41,801 nt of DNA from Minisyncoccota bacterium. Its GTDB lineage: Bacteria; Patescibacteriota; Minisyncoccia; Phycocordibacterales; UBA9973. Position numbers and translations under genes: made by a program. Shown here piece after piece: positions 1-7,829 of this stretch (position 1 is the stretch's first letter; each line of letters begins with the position of its first letter). Under the pieces are notes generated by a model. That model worked only from the letters and a program-made list of their open reading frames with translations. It ran no database searches and was not told the DNA's origin. The stretch covers positions 1-41,801 of the forward strand of contig JAENWX010000002.1 of assembly GCA_016649835.1 (NCBI GenBank), written 5' to 3'.

Positions 1-124
1 GGACGTCCTACGCACAGATATAGAGCACGGGGCCGATTGCTTAGAGATTTATATCCTCTTAATTAAAATGCTATAATAAAACCATATCAAATTTCTGAGA
101 TAAGTATATCATAATAAAAATATA

Positions 125-1117
125 ATGTCAAGCACAAATAAAACAAGTAAAGATGAGGGTTTTTTGGACCAAACACTGCGTCCAGAGGTCTGGTCTGAAT
201 ATATTGGGCAAGAAAACATAAAAGCCAATCTTAAAATACTTCTTACAGCAGCAGAAGAACGTGCTCACCCGGCTGAGCATATTCTTTTTTATGGACCACC
301 AGGCCTTGGAAAAACTACCCTCGCCCATTTAATAGCAAAAGAAACAAGAAGACAAATAAAAATTACTTCTGGCCCTGCCATAGAAAAAGTTGGAGACCTT
401 GCTTCTATATTAACCAATCTTTCACCTGGAGATATTGTTTTTATAGATGAAATTCATCGACTAAATAAAATGGTTGAGGAAATACTTTACCCTGCCATGG
501 AGTCTGGAGTTCTCGATATAATTATTGGGAAGGGTCCGTCTGCTCGCACAATACAACTTGAACTTCCTCCTTTTACACTTATTGCTGCTACTACAAGAAT
601 TGCATTACTCTCAGCACCTCTTAGGTCTCGTTTTTCTGGAGGAGTTTTTCGTTTAGAATTTTATACTCATGATGAAATCAAAAAAATAATAAGTCGTTCT
701 GCTAAAATACTTGGAGTAAAACTTGAAGACGACGCTTTGGATGAAATAGCTAAACGCGCTCGTTTTACTCCTCGTACTGCAAATTATTTTCTAAAGAGAT
801 GCCGTGATTATGCCCAAGTAAACAAAACCCCTCTTTCAAAAGAAGCTGTTAAAAAAGCATTGGCACTACTAGAAATAGACGAGCTTGGACTGTCTTCTTC
901 TGATAGACGAATACTAGATATAATAATTTCCAAATTTGGAGGTGGTCCAGTAGGCCTTAAAACTATTGCTGCGGCAACTAGTGAAGAAGAAGCAACAATA
1001 GAAGAGGTGGTGGAGCCATATTTAATACAACTTGGATTACTAGACCGTACTACACGTGGAAGAATAGTAACAAAAAAAGGTTATGAGCATTTGGGGTATG
1101 AGTTTGTAAATAATTAA
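125..1117 (+). CDS. ruvB: Holliday junction branch-migration helicase RuvB
   Basis: 330-aa ORF; Walker A GPPGLGKTTLA, Walker B IVFIDEIHRL, RuvB-type C-terminal region. Confidence 0.95.
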   Translation: MSSTNKTSKDEGFLDQTLRPEVWSEYIGQENIKANLKILLTAAEERAHPAEHILFYGPPGLGKTTLAHLIAKETRRQIKITSGPAIEKVGDLASILTNLSPGDIVFIDEIHRLNKMVEEILYPAMESGVLDIIIGKGPSARTIQLELPPFTLIAATTRIALLSAPLRSRFSGGVFRLEFYTHDEIKKIISRSAKILGVKLEDDALDEIAKRARFTPRTANYFLKRCRDYAQVNKTPLSKEAVKKALALLEIDELGLSSSDRRILDIIISKFGGGPVGLKTIAAATSEEEATIEEVVEPYLIQLGLLDRTTRGRIVTKKGYEHLGYEFVNN

Positions 1118-1145
1118 GAATTAATAATTAATAATTACGAATTAA
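1111..1145 (+). repeat. Heptamer array TAATTAA GAATTAA TAATTAA TAATTAC GAATTAA containing the ruvB stop codon
   Basis: Five consecutive 7-nt units read directly; stop TAA at 1115-1117 lies in the first unit. Confidence 0.7.
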
Positions 1146-1170
1146 CCCAGTAGGTGATTTTAATAAATCA
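1142..1170 (+). repeat. Family C 3' hairpin motif (degenerate copy)
   Basis: TTAACCCAGTAGGTGATTTTAATAAATCA aligns with copies at 11387, 18066, 18559 and 23034. Confidence 0.55.
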
Positions 1171-1199
1171 GAATTTAAATACGGCAATACAAAAATTAA

Positions 1200-1318
1200 T
1201 TAAAAAATTTAAATAGTCTTATCAAAGGGGCTTGTGAGCGCGTCGGCGCGAACACTGAACGAATTTTCACCAGAAAATTAGTGTACCCTTTGAGAAGAGC
1301 TATTTTAATTTTTAAAAA
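1200..1318 (+). repeat. Family B structured element (long imperfect outer stem plus two inner hairpins)
   Basis: Outer arms TTAAAAAATTTAAATAGTCTTATCAAAGGGG / CCCTTTGAGAAGAGCTATTTTAATTTTTAA. Inner hairpins GCGC-GTCG-GCGC (1238-1249) and AATTTTC-ACCA-GAAAATT (1262-1279). Homologous to 30432-30544 and 30721-30839. Confidence 0.8.
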
Positions 1319-1325
1319 CCTAATT

Positions 1326-1817
1326 ATGAGAATAATATCAATCGATCCTGGTTTTGAAAGAGTGGGAATAGCTATTATAGAAAAAACTTTTTTAAAGAAA
1401 GATATTTTAATATATTCAAATTGTTTTAAAACCTCTGCCAAAATTCCTTTTCCAGAAAGACTCAGAAATATCGGCGCTGAATTAGAAAAAATTATTAAAA
1501 AATACAAACCTGTTGCTCTGGCAATTGAAAAACTGTATTTTACTACAAACCAAAAAACAGTTATGGGTGTATCTGAAGCGCGTGGGGTTATTATATATGT
1601 GGCCTCTAAAAACAATCTTTCTATATACGAATATACACCACCTCAAATAAAAGTAGCTGTAACTGGATATGGAAAAGCCACAAAACAAATGGTTATGTCT
1701 ATGGTTCCAAAGCTTATAGACATAAAAACTGACATAAATTCAGACGACGAAATAGATGCTATTGCTATTGGCCTCACCTGTCTTGCCTGTGAAAATGCTG
1801 ATTTTATTAAAAAATAA
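1326..1817 (+). CDS. ruvC: Holliday junction resolvase RuvC
   Basis: N-terminus MRIISIDPGFERVGIAII (catalytic DPG) and C-terminal DEIDAIAIG. The ORF-track start at 1281 lies inside the family B hairpin, so the in-frame ATG at 1326 is preferred. Confidence 0.9.
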   Translation: MRIISIDPGFERVGIAIIEKTFLKKDILIYSNCFKTSAKIPFPERLRNIGAELEKIIKKYKPVALAIEKLYFTTNQKTVMGVSEARGVIIYVASKNNLSIYEYTPPQIKVAVTGYGKATKQMVMSMVPKLIDIKTDINSDDEIDAIAIGLTCLACENADFIKK

Positions 1818-1931
1818 ACACTGGAAATTACTCCATATAAACAACCCTTAGTTATCCCCATGCTGTGTGGGTATTGCAAAGAAAATAATAATTTGATACA
1901 ACTAGTAAATTATAATTTTGTTTATTTTATT

Positions 1932-2111
1932 ATGAGCTATATTGATGATGAAGAATTAAAAATAGGTGACGGAGATGAAGAGGAAGAAGTTGAAATAAGT
2001 GAAGAAGGTGAGGATGAAAATTTCAACGACTTACTTGATATCGACGATGAAGAGGAAGAAGAAGTTGGCCTTTTGGGAGACGACGAAAAAGAGGCTGACG
2101 ATTTAGAATAA
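1932..2111 (+). CDS. Small highly acidic (D/E-rich) hypothetical protein
   Basis: In-frame ATG at 1932 (MSYIDDEEL...); TATAAT at 1911-1916; followed by a strong hairpin terminator; no recognisable family. Confidence 0.4.
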   Translation: MSYIDDEELKIGDGDEEEEVEISEEGEDENFNDLLDIDDEEEEEVGLLGDDEKEADDLE

Positions 2112-2149
2112 AAAAATTCCCTACGACCAAAGTCGGAGGGAATTTTTTT
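2110..2149. terminator. Bidirectional intrinsic terminator
   Basis: A-run, stem TTCCCTACGAC / GTCGGAGGGAA (one mismatch), T-run; lies between convergent genes. Confidence 0.8.
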
Positions 2150-3353
2150 ATATAATATTTATTTTACAAAATCTTTTTTTACCTATTCTGTAAACCCCAG
2201 CTTCTGAAACTTCTGTGTGTGATGTAATTTTTTTATCTAAGTCTAAGTTTGTTATTGCTCCACCGTCAACGAGTCTTCTAAACTCTCCCTTGGAAGAGAC
2301 TATTTTGTTTGTTAAGAAAGTGTCTACAAGCAATTCTTTTATACCTACTGTTATGTTTTCTATATCATCAGGAATCTCATTTTTTTGAAAAGTATTTATA
2401 AAATTTTCCTCAGCTTGTTTTGATTTCTTTTCTCCGTGATAAATAGAAACAATCTCTCTTGCCAGTCTCATTTTTAAATCACGAGGATTAACTTTTTCAG
2501 AAAGTATATCTTTTTTAATATTTTCTATTTCAGACATCGGGACATTTGTACACAACTCAAAACCAGAAACTATTAAACCGTCGGTCCAGCTCATAATCTT
2601 TCCATACATTTCAAACTCAGAATCAGAAAGTGCTGCCATATTGCCTTCTGTTTTACCCATTTTTTTCCCTGTATTATCCTCAAGAAGTTTTACGGTAACA
2701 ACAAACTTTTCTTTATTTTTCATTGTCTTCATTAGGTCACGACCACAAAGCATATTAAAGGTTTGGTCATTACCCCCTATTTCTCCATCAACATTCATAG
2801 CAACAGAATCGTAGGCTTGCATAAGTGGATACATAAATTCGTTTATATATATTGGCTTACCTTCTTTAATTCTTTTGTCGAACATGTCACGCTCAAGCAT
2901 TTGTTGAACAGTCATTTGTGAAGCAAGAGAAAGAACATCTTCAAAATTCATTTTACTAAGCCATTTGGAATTAAATTTTATAACGGCTGCATTTTTCCCA
3001 GAAAAAGAAAGTAGTGCGCTTGCTTGTTTTTTGTAATTTTTTAAATTTACCATTACCTCTTTGTGAGTAAGTTGTTTGCGAACTGCGGCTTTGTCTGTTG
3101 GATCACCTATCATTGCCGTAAAATCACCCATGAGTAAAATTACCTTATGGCCCGCTTTTTGAAAGTCTCGTAATATTTTTATTGGTATAGCATGACCAAG
3201 GTGTAGTGTTGGACCAGTAGGGTCGATACCCAAATATATAGTAAGTTTTTCACCTTTATTCATTTTACTTAAAATAAAATCTTTTGAGGGGTATGTTGCA
3301 GCTATTCCCCTGGTCAAAAGTTCATTATTTTTAATATTGTTATTTGTTTCCAT
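2148..3353 (-). CDS. tyrS: Tyrosyl-tRNA synthetase
   Basis: GIDPTGPTLHLGH (HIGH motif), KMGKT (KMSKS motif), C-terminal S4-like domain (GEFRRLVDGGAITN); 401 aa. Confidence 0.92.
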   Translation of the reverse strand: METNNNIKNNELLTRGIAATYPSKDFILSKMNKGEKLTIYLGIDPTGPTLHLGHAIPIKILRDFQKAGHKVILLMGDFTAMIGDPTDKAAVRKQLTHKEVMVNLKNYKKQASALLSFSGKNAAVIKFNSKWLSKMNFEDVLSLASQMTVQQMLERDMFDKRIKEGKPIYINEFMYPLMQAYDSVAMNVDGEIGGNDQTFNMLCGRDLMKTMKNKEKFVVTVKLLEDNTGKKMGKTEGNMAALSDSEFEMYGKIMSWTDGLIVSGFELCTNVPMSEIENIKKDILSEKVNPRDLKMRLAREIVSIYHGEKKSKQAEENFINTFQKNEIPDDIENITVGIKELLVDTFLTNKIVSSKGEFRRLVDGGAITNLDLDKKITSHTEVSEAGVYRIGKKRFCKINII

Positions 3354-3361
3354 ACTTTAGT

Positions 3362-3370
3362 ATATTAACA
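3362..3370 (-). promoter_or_regulatory. Extended -10 box TGTTAATAT, 8 nt upstream of the tyrS ATG (leaderless-type promoter)
   Basis: Gene-sense TGTTAATAT-ACTAAAGT-ATG; no Shine-Dalgarno. Confidence 0.5.
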
Positions 3371-3420
3371 TATCTTAGTCCAAAAAAGACAGATATTGTG
3401 TTATGATAAAAAAATATGAG

Positions 3421-3539
3421 TCCCGTTAGAGATGTGCATGTTATCTTTCTAACAGGAGTTTAAGATTTTGGTGAAGTATATATTATTAACAATAATTAAT
3501 CAGACACGTCCCACTTTTGGGGGACTATCTCTAATGGGA
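3421..3539 (+). repeat. Family A cassette copy 1 (inverted-repeat-bounded promoter/leader-like element ending on the A of the PBP start codon)
   Basis: TCCCGTTAGAGAT...ATCTCTAATGGGA; internal hairpin GTCCC/GGGAC at 3508-3525; aligns along its length with the copies at 6303, 22719, 36581 and 41683. Confidence 0.9.
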
Positions 3540-6037
3540 TGAAACATGTTAAAAAAACAGCTTTAAAAAATATAGTTTTGGTTGTTATAGGTCTCGGCCT
3601 TCTTTTTACTGGTATTTTAATGGTGTGGGTTAGCACATTACAGCTTCCTGATTTTAAATCTTTCACCGATAGAAAAATGAAAAGTTCAACTAAAATTTAT
3701 GATAAAACGGGAACCATTTTACTTTATGATGTTCACCAAAATATAAAAAGAACTATTATTCCTTATGAGGAGATGGGTGTAAATATTTTAAACTCCACAG
3801 TGGCCATAGAGGATTCAGAGTTTTATAAACACAAAGGTATCCGTATTTCTTCTATAATCCGTGCAACTTTTTGGGCAAAATTAACAGGGAAAAAAGTTCA
3901 GGGTGGCTCAACTATTACCCAGCAATTAATTAAAAACACCCTTCTAACTCCAGAAGTTTCTATTACTCGTAAAATTAAAGAATGGATTCTAGCAATAAAA
4001 CTAGAGAAAATTATGAATAAAGAAGAAATCTTAACTCTTTATTTAAATGAAGCTCCTTATGGTGGAAATCTTTACGGCATAGAAGAAGCTGCAAAAGCAT
4101 TTTTTGGTAAAAGACCAACAGACTTAACACTGGCAGAGGCTTCGTATTTAGCTGCTATTCCAAACGGCCCTACTTATTATTCTCCATATCGAAAAAACAA
4201 AGACAAACTAGATGAGCGTAAAAATTTGGTTTTACGTAGAATGCTTGAAATTAATTTTATAAACGAAGAAGAGTATAACAAAGCAAAAGAAGAAATTGTT
4301 GTCTTTTTACCAGAACAACCAATGCATATAGCTGCTCCTCATTTTGTATTTTTTATAAAAGAATATTTAGAAAACAAATATGGTCTTGATGCTGTTGAAG
4401 GTGGAGGCTTAAAAGTCATAACTACACTTGATTACGAATTACAAAAGAAAGCTGAAAAAATAGCTGAAGCTAAGGCAAAAGAAAATGAAGTAAACTGGTT
4501 GGGTTCAAATGCAGCAGTTGTTGTTGTAGACCCAAAAACAGGACAAATACTTTCTATGGTTGGTTCTCGTGATTATTTTGACTTAACTGTTGATGGAAAT
4601 TTTAATGTTGCAACAGCAGCAAGACAACCAGGGTCTTCTTTTAAGCCAATTATTTATTCTTTGGCTTTTGAAAAAGGTTATACTGAAAAAACTACTCTTT
4701 TTGATGTTAAAACTGAGTTTAATTCATCTTGTAATCCTTCTGCCTCGTCAACATCACAAACCTGTTATTCACCAGACAACTATGATAATGCCTTTCGTGG
4801 TCCCCTGACTCTTCGTGAAGGACTTGCTCAGTCTATCAACATACTAGCTGTAAAACTTTTATATTTAGTAGGAATATCTGATTCTATTAAACTAGCACAC
4901 GACCTAGGAGTCACCACATTAAAAAATGACCCTAACTTGTATGGATTAACTCTAGTTATCGGAGGAGGAGAAACTACTCTTCTTGATATGACTTCTGTTT
5001 ATGGAGTTTTTGCTAATGATGGAGTAAAAAACAATACTCAAGGAATTTTATCTGTAGAAGATGGAGAAGGAAATATTTTAGAAAAATATGAAAACAAAAC
5101 ACAACAAATAATAAAACCAAATACCTCTCGTCTTATATCAAGTATATTATCAGACGATGTTTCTAGAATTCCTACTTTTGGTAAAAATTCTATATTAAAT
5201 ATTCCAGGAAGAGAGGTTGCTGTTAAAACAGGTACTACAAACAACAACAAGGATGCCTGGACTATTGGATATACGCCCTCTGTGTCGGTTGGAGTGTGGG
5301 TTGGTAACAATGACAACAAACCAATGAAAAAAGGTGGTGCTGCTCTTGCTGGCCCCATATGGAACGCTGTTATGGTAGAAGCCCTTAGTTCTCTACCCAA
5401 TGAATCATTTATTAAGCCGGACCCTATAGATAACTCTATTCCGCCAATTCTTCGTGGTTTTTGGCAAGGAGGAGAAACGTTTACAATAGATACTCTTTCT
5501 AAAGGCTTGGCCACCGAATATACACCTGAGGAATTAAAGAAGGAAATATCAATAACAAATGTTCATACTATTTTACATTGGATAAACAAAAACAATCCTT
5601 TGGAAAAATTTTCATCTCCTCAGACAAATGACTCTCAGTATGACAACTGGGAATATGGGATTAGAAATTGGTGGAATGCAAATAGTTATAAATACAACAA
5701 CGTTACAGAATTAGATATACCAAAAAACATAGACAATATTCACACATCGGAGTCTAAACCTGTTTTTGAAATTCAAGGACTTGAAAACAAAACATACAGA
5801 GAAGATGAAAGTGTAAATATTTCAATACTCTATAAGAGTATAAATCCAATAATAAAAATTGATGTTTTTGTAAACAACACTTATGTTTCTTCTTTAAAAT
5901 CATACCCATTTAATGTTTCTTTTTTACCAAAAGATATAAATGATATTTCAAAAACAAATACTATACGTATTATGGGTGTTGATAATCTTGGAAATAAAGG
6001 AGAACAAATTACTACTTTTAAAGTATTTAGTCTTTAG
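3539..6037 (+). CDS. ponA: Class A penicillin-binding protein (glycosyltransferase plus transpeptidase) with a long C-terminal extension
   Basis: N-terminal TM; GT51 motifs EDSEFYKHKGI, GGSTITQQL, RKIKEW; transpeptidase motifs SSFKP, SIN, KTGTT; about 200 aa of unassigned C-terminal sequence. Confidence 0.92.
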   Translation: MKHVKKTALKNIVLVVIGLGLLFTGILMVWVSTLQLPDFKSFTDRKMKSSTKIYDKTGTILLYDVHQNIKRTIIPYEEMGVNILNSTVAIEDSEFYKHKGIRISSIIRATFWAKLTGKKVQGGSTITQQLIKNTLLTPEVSITRKIKEWILAIKLEKIMNKEEILTLYLNEAPYGGNLYGIEEAAKAFFGKRPTDLTLAEASYLAAIPNGPTYYSPYRKNKDKLDERKNLVLRRMLEINFINEEEYNKAKEEIVVFLPEQPMHIAAPHFVFFIKEYLENKYGLDAVEGGGLKVITTLDYELQKKAEKIAEAKAKENEVNWLGSNAAVVVVDPKTGQILSMVGSRDYFDLTVDGNFNVATAARQPGSSFKPIIYSLAFEKGYTEKTTLFDVKTEFNSSCNPSASSTSQTCYSPDNYDNAFRGPLTLREGLAQSINILAVKLLYLVGISDSIKLAHDLGVTTLKNDPNLYGLTLVIGGGETTLLDMTSVYGVFANDGVKNNTQGILSVEDGEGNILEKYENKTQQIIKPNTSRLISSILSDDVSRIPTFGKNSILNIPGREVAVKTGTTNNNKDAWTIGYTPSVSVGVWVGNNDNKPMKKGGAALAGPIWNAVMVEALSSLPNESFIKPDPIDNSIPPILRGFWQGGETFTIDTLSKGLATEYTPEELKKEISITNVHTILHWINKNNPLEKFSSPQTNDSQYDNWEYGIRNWWNANSYKYNNVTELDIPKNIDNIHTSESKPVFEIQGLENKTYREDESVNISILYKSINPIIKIDVFVNNTYVSSLKSYPFNVSFLPKDINDISKTNTIRIMGVDNLGNKGEQITTFKVFSL

Positions 6038-6039
6038 TT

Positions 6040-6303
6040 CTATTTGATATCAAAAAAATGAATATTAGGGAAAAGAGATTCTAATTTATTTAGAATCTCT
6101 TTTTTGTGCATCAAAATTTCACTTCTAAGCATTGGGGATCCTTTTACATAAATACATCCTCCTTTTATTTTTAGTGAATCATTTTCAATAGGATGAGATA
6201 TCTCTTCTGAAATGGTTTTAATAACCAAATCTCTTAATTCTTCTTTTTCATAAATTATTTTTTTAAATTTATCTAAGAAATTTTTTATATGATTATAATC
6301 CAT
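6040..6303 (-). CDS. Small DUF721/DciA-like protein
   Basis: 87 aa; lies downstream of dnaN as in many bacteria; pattern LKIKGGCIYVKGSPMLRSEI resembles DUF721. Confidence 0.55.
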   Translation of the reverse strand: MDYNHIKNFLDKFKKIIYEKEELRDLVIKTISEEISHPIENDSLKIKGGCIYVKGSPMLRSEILMHKKEILNKLESLFPNIHFFDIK

Positions 6304-6421
6304 CCCATTAGAGATAGGAAGTTATTAAACTTCCATGTCTTATTATTTATTGTTAATAATATGCACTTTATCAAAATTTTAAACTCCTGTTAGCAAGATA
6401 ACATACACATCTCTAACGGGA
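6303..6421 (-). repeat. Family A cassette copy 2
   Basis: Gene-sense TCCCGTTAGAGATGTGTATG...CTATCTCTAATGGGA+TG; hairpin GGAAGTT/AACTTCC at 6317-6334; TTGATA (6369-6374), 17 nt, AATAAA (6346-6351). Confidence 0.9.
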
Positions 6422-6435
6422 CAGGTTTTTTTATA

Positions 6436-6477
6436 AATTAGTAATTATTAATTAGTAATTAGTAATTAGTAATTATT
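6436..6477 (-). repeat. Heptamer array (six units AATTAGT/AATTATT on the + strand, ACTAATT in gene sense) abutting the dnaN stop
   Basis: Read directly; ends one base from the dnaN stop codon (6479-6481). Confidence 0.75.
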
Positions 6478-6478
6478 T

Positions 6479-7576
6479 CTACCTATTCATTGGCATAACT
6501 AAATACATAAAAGACGAGTCGCCTATTCCTCTTATTGTCATTGGTTTATTGTTTCCATTTAATTCTATATCTAAACTATCTCCACTAATAGATTGAAAAC
6601 AATCCAATATATATTTGTAATTAAAATTAGCAGATACATCTTCTCCAGAAAGGGCACCTGAGATAATTGTTGTATTTTCTCCTACATCTGCGTTGTTTGA
6701 TTTTATTTCAAAAATTTTATCATGTGGTTTAACAGTTAAAACAATTTGATTAAATTTATCTGAAAATATGTTTGAAATTTTTAAAGAAGAAATAAAATCT
6801 TGTTTTAAAACAACTGTTTTAGTTGTTGGATTTTTAGGAATAATTTGTTTATAGTCAGGAAAACTTCCATCAACAACCCTAGATGTTAGATAAATATTTT
6901 CAATAGAAAAAGATATTTGATTTTTTTGCAGAGTAATTTTTAAATCGTCTTCTATTCCATCAAATACTTTAATTATTTCAACTACGTTTTTAAATGGTAT
7001 TAATATGCCTTCAAATGATAATTTTTGTTTTATTTTTATTTTCTTTTCTGCTAGTCGAAATGAGTCTGTAGACACAAAAACTAACATGTCATCCTCTGGA
7101 TATATATAAACACTTCCTATTTCTGGTTTAATTTCTGAAATAGAAGCACTATAATAAACGGATTTAATACCATCTATAAATTTACTATTGGATATATTGA
7201 AACTTTCTCCTTCAACCATAGGTATTGTTGGAAAATCTTCGTGTGAGATACTTTTTAATAAAATTGTACTTGTATTTGTTTTAACAGATAGGTTTCCATT
7301 TATTAATTCAAATTTAACCATTAAATCACCTTGTAATATAGAAAATAAAGAAGATAAAATATCTCCACGAACAGCAACAGTACCTTCGGCTTCTATTTTT
7401 GCTGGTATTTCTATTTCTATTCCTATATTTAGATTTGTAGCTCTAAGTTTTAATGTTTTACCAGAGGCAACCCATAAAACTGAACCTAGCACAGGAAGTG
7501 TTAAATTTTTACCAGTAATTCTTTCTACTGAAACAAGTGCCTTTTTTATTTTATCTATTGAACATTCTATTTTCAT
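6479..7576 (-). CDS. dnaN: DNA polymerase III beta sliding clamp
   Basis: 365 aa; three-domain clamp-like sequence; C-terminal YLVMPMNR; immediately downstream of dnaA. Confidence 0.93.
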   Translation of the reverse strand: MKIECSIDKIKKALVSVERITGKNLTLPVLGSVLWVASGKTLKLRATNLNIGIEIEIPAKIEAEGTVAVRGDILSSLFSILQGDLMVKFELINGNLSVKTNTSTILLKSISHEDFPTIPMVEGESFNISNSKFIDGIKSVYYSASISEIKPEIGSVYIYPEDDMLVFVSTDSFRLAEKKIKIKQKLSFEGILIPFKNVVEIIKVFDGIEDDLKITLQKNQISFSIENIYLTSRVVDGSFPDYKQIIPKNPTTKTVVLKQDFISSLKISNIFSDKFNQIVLTVKPHDKIFEIKSNNADVGENTTIISGALSGEDVSANFNYKYILDCFQSISGDSLDIELNGNNKPMTIRGIGDSSFMYLVMPMNR

Positions 7577-7829
7577 AATATTTTATTTATTAGCTGATAT
7601 AATTGAATCCCCTGTATTGTATAACTTATATATTAATACTTACTATTATTACTATGGGTGTGGATATGTGGATTACTTTATTACTCTTTTAAAATAAACC
7701 TTTTTATATTTTTTTATTAATTATTAAATAATTAACTTGTTAACTATTTTTTTTATTTTTAATAAACAGATATTTATCCACATTTGTATTTTATTCAAAC
7801 ACACTTTATCCACAGACTTATCATTTTAT
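7577..7829. other. Candidate oriC (dnaA-dnaN intergenic region)
   Basis: DnaA boxes TTATCCACA at 7774-7782 and 7806-7814; TGTGGATAT at 7659-7667 and TGTGGATTA at 7667-7675 in opposite orientation; very AT-rich tract at about 7680-7770. Confidence 0.6.

Noticed and set aside
1-124. Possible 3' end of an RNA gene or element at the window start (GGACGTCC..., CTTAGAGAT)
   Set aside because: It is only a fragment. The resemblance to the family A box (GTTAGAGAT) is 8 nt, and no tRNA/rRNA hallmarks are present.
1196-1615. 139-aa minus-strand ORF overlapping ruvC, with similar shadow ORFs at 128-328, 1482-1879, 5038-5514, 7188-7697, 8435-9018, 13105-13809, 15925-16452, 19167-20042, 29655-30333, 31496-32298, 34867-35538 and 38168-39782
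   Set aside because: Each overlaps a confidently identified gene on the opposite strand or in another frame, and none has a recognisable motif.
3416-3463. 15-codon upstream ORF at the distal end of family A (MSPVRDVHVIFLTGV; MNPVRDMYVIFLTGI in the copy at 36581)
   Set aside because: Copy 2 has no start codon for it and copy 3 lacks the stop. Substitutions between copies are not biased to synonymous positions. Conservation is better explained at the nucleotide or structure level. It could still act as a decoy ATG.
6436-6477. CRISPR array (heptamer arrays and repeated hairpin elements considered)
   Set aside because: The units are 7 nt with no spacers. Families A and B are 115-120-nt dispersed elements, not 25-40-nt repeats alternating with unique spacers. 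No cas genes are present.
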